Shown piece by piece: positions 14,739-29,690 of a stretch of 64,000 nucleotides of DNA. The translations under genes and the position numbers were made by a program. Each line of letters opens with the position of its first letter. Positions within the stretch are counted from its first letter, which is position 1. The notes under the pieces are model-generated. The model saw only the letters and a program-made list of their open reading frames with translations, did not search any database and had not been told where the DNA came from. Source of the stretch: the human T2T-CHM13v2.0 reference genome, Homo sapiens; assembly GCF_009914755.1 (NCBI RefSeq), contig NC_060939.1. One strand, written 5' to 3'.

Positions 14739-15782
14739 AGAAATACTTGCAAGGTGCCGTGAAGTGCAGAGGAAGGGGTTTCACTCCCCAGGTGGTCTTG
14801 CTTTCTTGAAAAAAGTCTCTACCCATGAGCAGTATACTCTTTTGTCAGTTTCCTACTTCCTGCCTCACTCATTGACTCTAGAAAAGGGGGACAGTTTTCT
14901 ACTTTCTGTCTGCATGATAGTAAGGCGACCAAGCAGCTTGTACAAGTGCTCCATTCTTCCCTCTTTGGCCTGAGGTGGATCCATAGAAGGCTAGTCTGGG
15001 GTCAGACTCAGATTTGCTTTAGGGGCAAGAAATCCTGCTGAATCCAGGACCTCAGTGCCATTCTCCAATCAGAAGCCCTTCATTTGAAGAGGGATAGGGA
15101 CCTGTCTGTATTTATGAAGTGAAACTTACCTCACTTTGCATTCCCCTTTGTTCAGAATACTTAAAGGAAAGGGGTAAGAGGCATCCTGAACTCCTTACAC
15201 ATACGATATGTAACATCAATCATAAAGAAACGAACACAAGGTACTTAACTGATTTGGAGAAACGTGCTCCACCTATTGGGATGATTCCAAAGGACGGTTC
15301 CTTTGGGCTTCTGGGAACGTCTGTGGCAAGGAGCCTCCCCATAAAACATATTCACACCAGGGTGGTGAAGCGATGCATGCAGTTGGGAGAGTCACATGAC
15401 AGGGAAACTGACAGGCGAGGAGCAGAGGTAGATGTTGACAGTGGCACCAGTGGTGCAGGGGAGATAGGTGGAAAGGGGTTAAAGAGTTTCACGTGTGTGG
15501 GGAATTGACAGAGTAACCTCCAATTCCTTCCATGTCCACAGGTTCAGGGCCTCTCATTATGACAGCAATACCCTCATGGAAAAACTAGGCCAGGAGGGGG
15601 TCACAGCTCTTCCGAAGGAGCAGCTTCTCTCTCCAGTCTTTCATTACTCCCAGGACAGGGAGACCAAACTGCCAGGGAATTGGTCTGGGTTGATGACCTA
15701 ACTAAAAATGACAGTTCCATAAGGGCAGGGACTATGTTTTGTCATCGGCCATAATCCTAGCGCCCGATCTAACACAGAGCTG

Positions 15783-16213
15783 TGTTAAAAGGTAAACTGA
15801 GTCACAGTAAAATTTTAGAGTTTATTTGAACAAATAGAGATTTATGAACTACACGGCTACAAATCAGAAGTGGTTCAAGTTCTGTACCAAGAGAATGCAA
15901 AAGGAAGGCTTTTATGGGGTGAACACGGGAGTGAAGCAAAGAAATATTTGATTGGTTACAGTCATACTGTTGCCTTATTTTGTCTGTCCTCCTGGAAACT
16001 CTCTACTTATAAAACTTGAAGTTAGTTGGCAGCTTCTGACTGATAAGTCTTAAGTTTCATTTTTCTTTAACATGGGCATTTATAAGAAATAGCCCAAATT
16101 AAGTTTGCTTGTGTTTGCAATTCAAGCAAAGTTAAGGTCACTTATGAAGCCTAACTAGCTCTATCTTTGCAGAGATTCTTCATGCCTGGTCTCCATTTTA
16201 ATTTATTTCAACA
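15783..16213 (-). mobile_element. ERV1 (MER4-group-like) solo LTR
   Basis: ~430 bp bounded by tgttaaaa...ttcaaca; agagtttatttgaac (reverse-strand polyA-signal region) near the left end; gattgg (reverse CCAAT). Subfamily not determined. Confidence 0.55.
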
Positions 16214-19200
16214 GCCCACACGGAATAAATGTTAAACAAATAGAGGTTAAGTGGATGAATAAACAAAATACTGTTGAATATTTTGATTTGTATAACTTGT
16301 TTGGCTCAGCAGCAAAAAAAGGAGAGATATAAACACAAATTATTTTTAAGGAGTAGAAGTGAAGTCAGAAAAACTCCAGTCTAAGATAGCTCCCCAATTT
16401 ACTGAGTAAGCAGTGGCTTGCACAAGGCTCACAGCTAGTTAGTACTAGATCTGAGATTATGAACTTCTTTCCATGGGGAGTTATTCTGTCAAGCAAAGGC
16501 CAAGAAGCCACATTATATGTAGAGCAAGTGAAAAAAATGGATATTTAACCAGGAACAAAAAAGTCATTGAAGATCTTAAGTGCTGTCTGTTTCTGTTTGA
16601 AGAAAGGCTACAGAGATGTCATACAGATAAGAAATTAATTTTGTTTTGGATGTCCTCATAATTTAGGTTTAGGCCAATGGATGTAAACCTAAAAGGGATA
16701 GATTCAGTATTGGAAAAATATTTGTAAGTTTCCCTATTATAGGAGGTACAGAACTGCAACATGGATAACGCTTTGTTGATCTGTCACATAGGGGATTCAG
16801 GCACTAGCTAGGTGGCTGGAATCACTAGTTGAACTGCAAGTTCTGTCTCAACCTACAACTGAAAACAGATGATATTAAGTTTGCAACTGGGCACACTGGT
16901 AACTTTAATTCTATTCTTCCAAGAGCAATGCCTAGTAGGAATCATACCTAGGACAAGTTAACTACTTAATCAGTTCCAGTCAATTACTCAAGAAACAAAT
17001 TCATTGTAAATGGCATAAATTTGCCTATACTTCATAGACTAGTCAGCTGGAACTAAGAGATTGCAAAGCTTCAAATACAGTCATGTCTTTTGGCCAGGTC
17101 TTGGCCATCGGAGTTCTGGAGAGGGGTGCTTTTCCTCCTTCCACACCCTTCTACTCCATTCCCTCCCCTAACATCATCCCTTTAAACTTCCAGTGTTGTT
17201 ACTGCAGACACATGCTACTCACTTGAACATCTGCTTTCATCTTAGGGAAAAGACGATGGATCTTAAGTATCTCAACTGGTGGTTCTGAGCTCTTGGATTT
17301 AAAACCCGTTAGGAGCTCTGCTCCCTTCAGATGTTAGCTGGAGTTTCATTCATGCCATGGCGGTCTGTTTTGGTAATGTGCCAGCATGCCGGAGAGTATT
17401 CAGTCAGCAAATGTGGAATGGAGAACAAATGTGCATTCATTAAATTTCATTAAAAAATGACTTATTCCTGTACTTCATGATCAAGATCAAGATGGTAGAA
17501 GGGGCAAAAATTGGCATCCATGATATGAATAATGTTGGTGATAGGAGGAAAATAGTAATCTTATGAAAAACAATAGAGATTGCATCTGTTTTTTTTTTTT
17601 TCCTTTTTAAAATGATCTAAGTTTCACTGTAATTATGAACCAGTTTTCACATTGTGGACACACATCTTTTTGACTGGCTGTCAGGGATTCTATAGCAATA
17701 AATTGTATGCTTAAGTCTCTAATTCGATATAAGATTTCCATTTCAGAAAAAAAAGAGACCTCAGACACAGCATTTCAGGGTGATAATTGCACTTCTCAGG
17801 TGGTTAAGAAAAAGATGATCTACAAATAATAATTAAAAAGTTGTGCCCCAAGGGAATGGGAATGTCAGATATGAAAGTCAAACATATGAAATGTTAGACT
17901 TACAGCTTGACCTTGTTCCACTGTATTCAGTACTATAAATTCCAAGCGCATTTATGTTTCAATATTTGGAGGTGACAATTTGAGGGTGCATTAGGTAGAG
18001 AAAAGATAATGTTTATACTAGTATATTAAACTGCCCCCTTGATGACATAACTTCCTCTCAACACTGATGCTTTAAAAGCATCAGGCTATTAACACTCATA
18101 ATTAATCAGCTACACTCGCCTCTGCACTTTTAGAGGTATCTGGTTAGGGGTGAGGAAGACTTAGCCTTTCCTGCAATATGACGAGAAGAGGTTAGGTAAA
18201 GTCGGGTTCAAATCTGGCAATTTCTTGGTTATATCTTACTCACAGATTTGTTATGCTTCTTGTAAACATTATCTTAGAGGTTTTAAGGTTAGTTTCTCTC
18301 ACTTAAAAGTTGGAAAAAATTTAAACAAAAATGTGGATTTCTGGAGTGTCTCAGTGGAGTGATGGTGGGAGTAGATGGGAATCAAAAGACCTGACTGTAC
18401 TGACCCCACAGCCCTGCCTGGCCCTGACTGGCTGGAGCTGAGTGCTGCCCCTTCGCTGGAACCAGGTCATGAGTGCTTCAGCTTATCAAAGTCTCCACTG
18501 AGTGCACATTATTCATTTCTTTTCTGCTACTCACTTGGCCCCTGGATGTATCTGAGTTTCTGTTTGACTTTGATTCTGAAGGAAGTCCTAGCTCTGCCTG
18601 TGTTTCATAGGTCTAAATAAATCCAAAGTTCGCAAAAGGAGGGTAGAATATCTACTACCTTTCACATACTCCACTAAGGACCAGGACAAAGGTTACAAAG
18701 ATGTGACCCTTTTCTCAGGAGAATCAGAGCAAATTGAGAATCACATCTACAGATAAATCAGGATGGAGTAGCCAAAGCTGTGCTACAAAAGAAGCATGCA
18801 CACATGCTCTGGGGACCAAAGGAGGGGTGACTCACTGTGCTGAAAGACAAGGTAGCATCCCAGCACGGCCTGGAAGGCCAAACAGAAGTTTCCTATGTAG
18901 AAGAAGAAGGAATGGCATTCCAGGGAGAAGAAATATTGTGAGCAGAAGCATAGTGGGGCACAAGAGAACAACGTGTTTGGGGATTGACAAGCAGCTCCCT
19001 ACAGAGGGTGGGTAGGGAGATGACTCATGCATTGGTTCATACCATGGAGTTCAGTCTTTCACATTTATGAAACAGGGGAGCCTTGAAGACATTAAACAGA
19101 GAAGTTACCCATCAGTTTGCCTTTAGAGAGGAGCCTTTCCACAACTGTTGAAATGTAGGGCCCTCCAAAGGCAAGCTGTGCTAAAGACATGAAGGAAATC

Positions 19201-22200
19201 TTGTCTCTGATTTAGCAGTCAAGCATCAGCACAGTGCATGTCTTATGACTTAGGAGGGTTTGGTTACATATAGCAGGGGCATGTGTTGTGTTTCTGATAG
19301 CTGAGGCATTCAGTGTCCCACGGTGCTCCTGTGTGCAGCTATCAGAGTGTACCATACGACTGCCAGCGACGGTAAGTCACATCGGTACATAGGTGTGCTC
19401 TCTCCCATCGCCATATGCTGCCACTTGGACAATAGGAATAAACAGATTATGTGGAGTTCCTGTGCTGCTGTCCACAGAATCAGTTGGGCTCCAAAGAGTG
19501 CCCGGGAATATCGTTACTGTTACTAGAGCACTTTGAAATTCAGTGTGAGCTGTCTGTTTCAAATCAAAGATCACACCAACAGTGACGGCAGCAGGACAGG
19601 TGAGCGCTGTCTAGAAGCACAGGGATCCTGAGACATGGTAGCTGGTTGGTGGAACAATCCCATGGTTGGGATGAGCTGGAGGTGGTGGAATAGCCATTTC
19701 CATGTGGAAAGGGAGTGCCAAGCTGCTGGTTAGTTGTGCTGTGGAGACAGACTTGCCTGGGTGATGCAAAGAGGAAGGAACAGCACATATTGTCTAACTC
19801 TGGGCCAGTCTGGGGGTGTAGGCACTCACACTCTGGCTGGAGGCAGATGGCAAACTGCACCTGGAAATGGCCCTGAGCAGTAATACGATGTTTAGAACTA
19901 AGTGTCTTACGTGCAACTTTCTGAAATGATGTGGTATATATTCATTATAGATCAAAGACCTTCCTTAGCTTGTCAGCTTCAACGTCTCTGGGAAGTGCTC
20001 GGTTAGGCCATTTATCCTAATTGTGTGACAAAACTATATGGCAAGAGTGCAGCACTTGTCACCATCCCAAAGGCTCCAAGTGTGCTGCTTTCATAACTAT
20101 TATCATGCTATACTGTTGCTTCTCCATTTGTCATCCCTACTAGACTATGGGATTTGAGGGTGGTCATCTTACTTTCCATCTCTTTCCCAAGAACATACTT
20201 CTCAAATTGGGGTTCAGCAAGTCTAGCGATGTGTGGTGCCAAGTTGTATAGCAAAGTGAGAGCACTATTTTATGCAAATATTTTGGAAACCAAGCATTTT
20301 TCTATTAAAATGGATGAATATATTAAAAAGCACCATGTGATATTTAATGGCATGCTAAGGTGAAGTTGGCACTTCTGAAAAATTTAAGCTTGGGCTGGGC
20401 TGCTTTGGACTAAAAATCTTTAAACCTAGCTGGGGAATGGGAGGTCTCCATTCATGCCATTTGTTATTAGGAGTTCTTCCATAGCTCTGGGAGCAGAAAT
20501 TGGTTGCTTACTACTTGCTTGTGGAAGGGATGGAGGAAGGAGAGAAGAGAATGATCACACTGGGTGCTTTTTGTGCAGTCATTACTACATTATATATGGA
20601 ACACATGGCTAGTTAGGAAAAACCTGTCATCCAGGCAATGTCTAGATGGACCACTTGTCTAGTATGTTCCGTGTTAGAAATTCCTTCCTAATGCTGGCAA
20701 GCTGACTCCAAATACATTGCCCCCAAATGGGGCTGGGTGCGAATCATGGGTGGAAAAGCAAAAATTTATCTCTCCAATGGGTAAGCAAATCCAGAAGCAT
20801 GCTATTGGAAGTCCCATTGTCTCTCAAATAACAGGGATCAAATACCATTTAATGAATACCTTGGGAATGGTTTGATTCATTATATACACTTCCTGGCTGA
20901 AAAAAAATGACGCTTCTCTACCTTCTCACATGATTAAATTCCTCTCTAGGGCTTCCCCTTGTAGTGTAGACCTTTCACTTTTTCCTTAGAAACAGCAAAT
21001 CCCTGGCCATCCACCACCACTCATCCTGCCACCTCCTATGGAGACAGCCAAGAAACTGTCTACAGTGCACTTTTATTACTGATCTTAATTTCTTCCTGGT
21101 CTAAATCCACACTTTAAGGCCAAAGGCATATAGATATGGTTGCTGAGCCTTTTGTGTGTCAACTGATTCATTTAATAAAGATGTATTGAGCAACAATTAT
21201 ATGCTAACCAATAGGTACACAAAGAGAATCTTGAAAATTTAGATGACTCAAGAGTGGCAGAAAAAGTGCATAACTCAGCATGACAATTTTCTCTTTTTGC
21301 ACATCTATTCTGCATTATTCTCTAGAGATGGACTGAGTAGCTCCTTACTGGTGAACGTGATCCTTTCATTCACCCATTCTCATCTGTGAGGCTGTCACAT
21401 GTTTTGAGAGGAGGAAACTACAGCACACAGAAGGAAAACTGCTTCATTTATGAAATGCTACCAGTTTTTCCACAGATGAGCTTTCCTCTTATTTTCTCTC
21501 TCACTCTCCTTTTTACCTGCCTCTTCATCCCTCAAAGTCAGGCCAGACCTGGTCATGACACATACTGACCACAAAGGAATAAAGATGAGTCTTGCAGGGT
21601 GGCAGTGGATATTACATGAGATAACGGAATGCATTTGCAAGTCCTCAGTCCAAGGTTTGCACAGAGGAAAGAGTTGCCAAAGATCAGTGTGCCACTCTCT
21701 TCCCCATGGAACTCCCTGTTCTGTGCTTGCCCCTGATCATCTCACCCAGGCTCCAGGTTTCAACCATGATGCTGGTGCAGACAACGCGAGACCTGTGTCC
21801 TGGGCCATGAGCACTGTTTAGAGCCCTAACTCTGCCTTCTGATCTACTGTGGACCAGAACAGCTACCATGGACACTATTTGTTTGAAAGAACACAGTCAT
21901 CTTGTTCAGATCTGCCCTTCATCCCTCTCCCCTGAGCTGAGCCCTCCTTTTTAATGGCAACAATTCCCCTCTCTAACACCCTGGCTCAAAACCTGGAGCC
22001 ATCTTCTATGCCTTCCTCTTCATCATTCACCATATCCAAGCAGAGGACAAGTCCTGTTAATTCCAACTATCCTTCCTTCTCTCCATCCCTCCTTTCCTAG
22101 CATACAACACTATCATTATGCGTTTGCTTGGGATACCAATAAAGCTATTTTACTGGTTTAGTTTTTTTCTCCTCATATAATTTCTCTCAGGTAGACCTTC

Positions 22201-25200
22201 TTAACACATAGCTGTTACCCCCAAAACTTCCCATGCTGGATCCTCAGCCACAGGTTAAGTACAACCTCTTTGATGTGGCACTAAAGGCCCTTCATGCTCT
22301 GCCTCTAACCTGACTTTCTAATCATGTTTCCACAGCTTGGCCTCCCAAGGTAGACACTCCTTACATCTAAGCCAGTGTTCTTTTTACCATATTTTGCTCA
22401 TGCTATTTGCTCCACATGAAATGCCTGTCCCTCTTCACTTCCCTAGGCATTCTGCCAGTCTTCAAAGACCCCTGAGATGTCACCTTCTTTACACATGGTC
22501 CCCGGAACCCCATCCTAGGCACACTCTTTATCTCCCCTCAATGAGCTTCAAGGGATACTTCGGAAATATTAGGTCAATGAATAAACAAGTGAATTAGTGA
22601 ATGGACACATGAATAAGTGGAAGAATATCTCATCCTACATCATAGTCTATAAATATAATGAACATGCTATCATTTTAGATGTCTCCTGCTGGAAAAGCAG
22701 CACAGCAAACGGGAGTCCAGGAAGGGTAGTAAAAAATAAATCAACATTCAGTAACAACTGCAACAACAGTAACAAAAACCCATTTCCCTGATGTTTGTTT
22801 TTTTAGGCTGGAAATTCGTTCATGAAATTATTTTCTTTATTTTATGTAGAGATTTTATTCTGTTCCATTGGTCTGTATGTCTACAGTTATACCAACACGA
22901 CACTGTCTTGATGACTGTGGCTTATGGTAAGTTTTGAAATCAGCTAGTGATTTGTTCTTTTTTGAAATCATTTTTGGCTTTCTGGTCATTGCTATTTATT
23001 TTAATTTGTAGTACTTGAATAAATCACACTGTTATCATGTGGGGATGATGGGTTAGCAATCTCAGTTGACTATTAGATGAACAGCCTGAGAAGGAGCCTC
23101 TAAATTCATGAGTTTGTCCACAAAAGCTGCTACTTTTCAATATTATGCTTTTATTGCATGTATGAATGTGTGTGTACGTTACATGCAAGTATATACTTTT
23201 AAGAAATGGAATTCTCTACCTCCCTGCAAATTGGTGGCAGTGCTCAGGATTCTGTGCAGAGGTTGTTTTGTCCCAACCCGGGCTGCTCTCTGTGAGCTGG
23301 CCCCCATCACTGCTGGTAGGTAACTATGTGATATATAACTTGCAAGCAGCCCTGCTGTTTGTTACTGGCAATTAATCTCTCTGGTGCCTTTCTTCCATTC
23401 AGACTAAGCCTTTATGTTCTAAATCCAGCTATTCTAACGCTCCCCACTTGTGCTGTGTAGAAAAGACTCAGACTGACAGATTATTGCAGGGCAGTTAAGC
23501 ATGTAATTGCTCAAATGAGTTAAAATCCCTTCAAATATCTGTCTTTGTACCTCATCACACCACTTCACGGACTCAAATATTTGACAATTGATGAAGATAA
23601 ACTAAAGGGGCCTTCATTAGCTACCAACCACCGTGACAAGCTTCTTTCAGCGAAAGGCTGGTGAATTTTGGAACTTATTATCTACTTAAAAACTGCAGGA
23701 AAGCAGAAAAATACTTCAGTGAACTTTAGAATAGAGAAAGCCAGAAGCTTTGCATGGAAGCTGGGGTCAGGAAAAAAAACCCATGGTTTGCTAATCTAAG
23801 GCTGCACTTGTTAAAAATGTAGGGAAAGACAGGCAGATGGACTTATCCAATAAAGGAAGGAAAATATTATCATATTCTCATAGGCACCATCATTAATGAC
23901 CATGTGTTAAATTTAGAGGTAATTACAGAAATGGAGAGAGGGTGGAAGAAGTCCAGGGCTGTGCAGAGGCTGAGCTTAGTGTGGTTGCTGGGCTGCCAGG
24001 AGCGATAGCCCCTGCTCTAGGATAAAGTCAGGTGCTGCACCGAGCAAGTGTCTTGAGAAATGCATGGAACTTTGCTCTGGCATAAACCCCAGCAAGTCCT
24101 CTGACTTTCAGGGACCTCACTGCTCTATTAAGCTATGCAGACCTTGTGCCAAGGAAAACAGGTGCGAACATGACCAACGGGCATCAGGGAAGAGTAGGGA
24201 AGATGCAGATTTGAAGTATGATGGCCTGTGTCTAACTATGGTGAGATGTTGGGCAAATTGTAGCTTTGATTTCCTTATCTATGAAATGTAACTTACTAAT
24301 TCATGTTGCATGTAATTTTTTTGTGAGGAATAAATGAGAGAAGCATTTGGTACAAATATTGATCATTATTTTATAAAACGGGTGTAGCAAGAATTTTGCT
24401 CTATATATTTCATACTTAATGTGAACCTAAAGCTCCATTTCTTATGTAATAGAAAGATAAAAACTCTAAAACAATAAACAAACAAATAGAAGAAAATGTT
24501 GAAGTGTTACATTTTCTTTTATGAGACTTTGGTTTCCATTAGCTTAGTGAGCATGGGTTGTCCTGACAGCCGTAATGGACCAAACACCCTCAGCTTCCAA
24601 ACAGAGACCACGCAACATAGACTTACCCAGGCAGGCCCTTGACTACCTTGGCCCTGACCAGACATTACTTTCCTGTCTGGTTAAATAATGTGACTGGTTA
24701 AACAACAATGGTGAGCGGACATTTTTAAATGGGTCCTGAGTTTATCTGGGATCCTAGCGTTTTATTATTGTACATGATGTTGGGTTTTGTTTAGACATAA
24801 TAACTCTAATTAAACATTTAAGCAAGATGTTCAAAGAAAACGACAACATTAAATCCTTACTAGCTTTAAGAGATGATGCAGTTTGTCTTTTAACCTACCT
24901 ATCATCTATCTGCGGCCACATATATACACACATACAAACACACATGCATTTACATTAGGGCTGCTCAAATGTTCAGCCATGGTTCTGATATTCTGCCCAT
25001 ATTGACAATTTGGTTTTGTCTTGACCTGGGGCCTTTGGAAAGCTGAATGAATATCTGAGTGGTTACTTTCTGACCTTAGTGTGTAATCAGTGGTCAAATG
25101 ATCATGTAGACTACTATGATATCAAACAACCATAACAGTGTCAATAATACAAACAAGATATATCTTTTGAACATGCTGCAATATCTTTTAATATTCACTT

Positions 25201-25304
25201 CTTGTAAGGATAAACATTCTGCATTATTTTGAACAAATGCTTTATTTTTTATTTTGTATTTTGTATGTTGATCTGCTACTGGTCACATATAAGATAGTAA
25301 GATA

Positions 25305-25530
25305 TTTTTCCAGCTTTACTGAGGTATAATTAAGAAGTAAAAATTGTACATATTTAACGTATAAACCTGATATTTTGATATACATATACATTGTGAAATG
25401 ATTACCACAATCAAGCTAATTAACATATCTCCTCATAGTTACAATTTTTTTGTGCATGATGAGACACAAAACACTTAAGATCAACTCTCAGCATATTTCA
25501 AGTGTGCAATACAGTATTATTAACTATAGT
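25305..25530 (-). mobile_element. Old L1 (L1MA/MB-type) 3' end fragment
   Basis: cagctttactgaggtataatt...catatacattgtgaaatgattaccacaatcaagctaattaacatatc. Confidence 0.75.
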
Positions 25531-26322
25531 TTTTAAGTGGTGCAATAATTAATGATTATGAGTTATCTTTATGAGAAAAAGTAATTATTAAAAGCTTGCC
25601 CATGATTAATAAAATAGATTAACAGTTGTTATAAACATGACGAGTGGATTATTTAGTTAGACCATTTTTAGGCCAACAACTGTAAATTCTTTTGAAATGC
25701 AACAGAAACAATAAAAGCATATCATAACTTCAAACTTCATAAAATTCTTTTGTGCTAACATTTATAGTAGCCAAAATAACCCTTAGGAACTGTATTTACC
25801 TTTAGCTATTTAAATTCATTTAGAACAGGCATCCTCCAAATAAAAGTATATTTAGAGAATTTGTCACTTCTTATTAGGGTACATTAAAAGCAGAATGTCA
25901 AGTTTGCCCATTCAAAATTTCACAGGAAAGAAAAATCAAAATCAATGTCAAAATTATGTACAATAGCATCCATAATGAATCATGTAAATTCCAGACAGAA
26001 GAACATAGAGGAAGGAAAAAAGTTTAGAGAAATCAAGATACTGCCCCAAATATCTCTAATGACCTCAGGCGCAAAAGCCCGCACAGTATCGCCAGTATCC
26101 AGTGTCGTGGCCGCAGGTGTGATCTGGCTGCGGAGAATCCTGGAAATCACTGTCCCTACACAGTAAAGTCATACTTAAAATGTGACTTTAATAGTTTTTA
26201 ATTACGAAATAAACATTCTAAAATAAATTTCCATAATTATTCTATAAGCCTTTAGTCTATTTTCTGTTGGTGACATCAACCTTCAGCCTTGACTTTGGCC
26301 AGCCTATATGTTAAATACATAC

Positions 26323-26327
<5 letters not shown>

Positions 26328-26364
<37 letters not shown>

Positions 26365-26372
26365 ATACACAT
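26328..26372. repeat. (CA)n microsatellite
   Basis: Direct reading of an interrupted CA run. Confidence 0.95.
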
Positions 26373-26454
26373 ATAATATTGCCATGGAATATCTGATTTT
26401 TCCTTTTCTATCAAGTTTTATTTCTTTGTTTTAAATCGGAAAGAAATCTCAGTT

Positions 26455-26760
26455 GTTTTTCTTTTTTTTTTTTTTTTTGAGACAGAGTCTCACTCTGTTA
26501 CCCAGGCTGGAGTGCAGTGGCATGATGATGTCGGCTCACTGCAAGCTTCGCCTCCTGGGTTCGAGCAATTCTCCTGCCTCAGCCTCCCTAGTAGCTAGGA
26601 TTACAGGTGCGTGCCACCACGCCTGGCTAAATTTTTGTACTTTTAGTAGAGACGGGGTTTCACCATGTTAACCAGGATGGTCTCAATCTCCTGACCTCGT
26701 GATCCGCCTGCCTTGACCTCCCAAATTGCTGGGATTACAGGCGTGAGCCACCATGTCCGT
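26455..26760 (-). mobile_element. Alu (AluS-type), full length
   Basis: Poly-T followed by reverse-complement Alu dimer. Confidence 0.95.
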
Positions 26761-27949
26761 TTCTTTTTGCATTTATTTAGGTCTTCATATAGTTTTTATC
26801 CTTTGATCTCTTAAGATACTCCTCAGGTCTATACTCTAGACTTGATTGCTCAGGGTTATTCTTTTTTAAATTTCATTTAATTTTATTATATTTTTAATTT
26901 GTATTGTTTTTATCATTATTTGTAAGACTGGTCCTTAATTTACTTTTCTGTGCCATTTTGTCAGTTATTTAAATCAAGGCCATTCTAGATTCAAAAAAAT
27001 ATATTGCTTTTCTTATATAGGTCTAGAAGAGTACAAAAAGTGTCATTTGCAAGAGGGCTTGTTACTGTTGCTTCCAAAAGTTGTTCACAATCCTTGCCAA
27101 ATCCATACTGCGTACTCTGACTCTGCATTTTGGATCTTCAGTGCTGACAGAAGTCTCCATCTTCTCTTCCCCACCTCCTGTTGGCCACAGGCTCTCACTG
27201 CACAACTCTGTCTTTCATGGAAGCACCACTAAAGTCCAAATCTTATGCCGTTAATGTTGCTGCCTGTGCCTGGGAAACCTTTAACTTCAACGTCTATCTA
27301 CTACAATTCCAGTTACTCTTTAATATCCAATTTAGACATTCCCTACCCTGTGCAGGTCTAATATCCCTAGTCCACCTGAGAAACTAGAGAGAGAAAATAA
27401 TTAAGATGCTTTTGTAATACTACCCCACTTCTAGTGAGGCATGTTCTTAATATCTTAAGTGACAACCTAGTAGAAATTGCAAGTGGTGCCAGCATTTTGT
27501 ACATCTGCCATTTATAAACCACAGAACAAAAGGGTAGAATGGAGTCTTTCTCAACATGATAACTACAAAAGAGCAAAGTCAGTGTTTATTGGTACACACT
27601 CGGTTCATTGCTATATTCTCTGGATATGGAACAAATGAACCACTTGAGGCAATATTTATTAAGTAAAAGAAGAGATATGAAATACACTGGTAAATGAATT
27701 AGTGAAGGAATGGGCATAGGTCTAAGCAGCCTATTTGTATGCGTGAGATCAGAGGTTAAGCTTATGGATGTCGTAGTGTCAACAAATGCATGCACTCCCC
27801 ACCCCAACACACAAATACATATACACATACGGGTTTTTTTTTTAGTCTATATTAGCCAATTATGTTTCCCACTGTTATTTCTTTTAATATTTTTATGCTA
27901 TGCATAACAGTCTAAATTGGCTTTTCAGAATATACGAGAACATAGGCAT

Positions 27950-29690
27950 GAAAGCGTTTTTTGAATTAGATGTTATGTTTATTAAACAGAAACATATATT
28001 ACTCATATAATTAAAAAACTACCAAGTTAAAAATTCTCTAAATTAATTATAAAACATAAAAGAAAATAAAGAAAAATGTAGGTGAATATCTGATCTTAGG
28101 TTAGAAGTAAGTCTTTGTAATAGCAGCAGGAAAAAAATCATGTTTTGACAACATTTAAAATTATAAAATTTTCTCTCATATATTAATATATTTATAAATA
28201 TTATATATACAAGACAAATTAATGAAAGAGAATAGAGGGAGTAAAGATAAACCCACACAAACTTGCCCAACTTATTTTTGATAAAAGTCCGAAAGCAGTT
28301 CCATGGAGGGAAGAGAACCTTTACAACAAATGGTTCTGGAGAGAGTGAAAACTCATGAGCAAAAATGAAAATAAAAAAAAACAAGAAAAAAACCTTTCCT
28401 ACCTGAGTCTTACACCTTCCTCAGAAATTAACTCAAAAGGGTTCACAGACTTAAATGTAAAATATATAATTATAAAACCTCTAGGGGAAAAAATATAGGA
28501 GAAAATCTTTGATATTTAAGGTTAGGCATTGGGATCTTAGAACTGACACAAAAAGCACAATCTATATAAGGAAAAAATGATAAATGGGGCTTCAAATAAA
28601 GACTTCTCTGCCAAAGATTTTATTAAGAGTCTGGAAAGACAAGCTATAAACTGGGAGTAAATATTTACCAAATATATATCTTATAGTGGGCTAGTATCTA
28701 GGATATATAAGGAACTCTCAAAACTTAACAGTAAAAAAAGCAAACTGCCCAATTAGAATATGGACAAAAGATACAAAGGGACTTTTCACTAAAGAGAATA
28801 GATACATATATGACAAATGAGTGCCTAAAAATGATGTTCAACATTAGTAGTTAGAGAACTATAAATTAAAACCTGAAACCACAATGAGATATCGCTATAC
28901 TGCTATCTGAATGGCTAAAATAAAATATAGTCATAAGGCACCAAACATTTGCAAGGATGCAGAAAAACAGAATCACTCATACATTGATGGTGAGAATGTA
29001 AAATGGTATGGCCACTCTGGAAAACAGTTTGTCACTTTCTTAAAAATCTAGACATGCAACTACCACAAGACCTACTGACCGCACTCTTGGGCATTTGTTC
29101 CAGAGAAACGAAGATTATTTTCACACAAAAACCTGTAGCTGAATGTTTATGAAAGTTTTATTTGTAATAGCCCAAAACTGAGCAACCAAGGTTTCCTTCA
29201 ATTGGCAAATGTTAAATGAACTGTTGTACATCTATACCACAGAATACGACTCAACAATCAAAAGGAACAAACTACTAATGAATGTGACAATCTGAATGAA
29301 TCTTCAGAGAATTATTCTGAAGGGAGAAAGCCAATCTCACCTAGTTACATATATTGCTTCATTTATATAACATTCTTGAAATAATAAAATGATAGACATA
29401 GAAAACAGATTAGTGATTGTCAGGGGTTATGGAGGGGTTTGGTGCAGGAATATAAGTGGTTGTAGCTACAAAAAGGCAACACGAGGGATCGGTGTGGTGA
29501 TGGAGGTCTTTTGACTGTATCAAGGTTGATATTCTGGTTAAAATTTTCTACTATACTTTTGCAATATGCTACCAATGGGAGAAACTGTAATGTGTACACA
29601 CACATGATCTTTATTATTTCTTACAACTGTATCTAAATCTACAATCATATCCAAATAAAGAGTTTGAGTTAGTTGACTGTCTAAAAACTG
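27950..29690 (+). mobile_element. Old L1M (L1MB/MC-type) ORF2 3' part and 3' UTR, degenerate
   Basis: A-rich L1 hallmarks: aattaactcaaaagggttcacagacttaaatgtaaaa, aaaccacaatgagatatc, gccactctggaaaacagtttg, gaaaacagattagtgattgtcagggg. Confidence 0.8.

Noticed and set aside
18064-18084. Palindrome ctgatgcttt-a-aaagcatcag
   Set aside because: Only a 10-bp arm with no supporting context.
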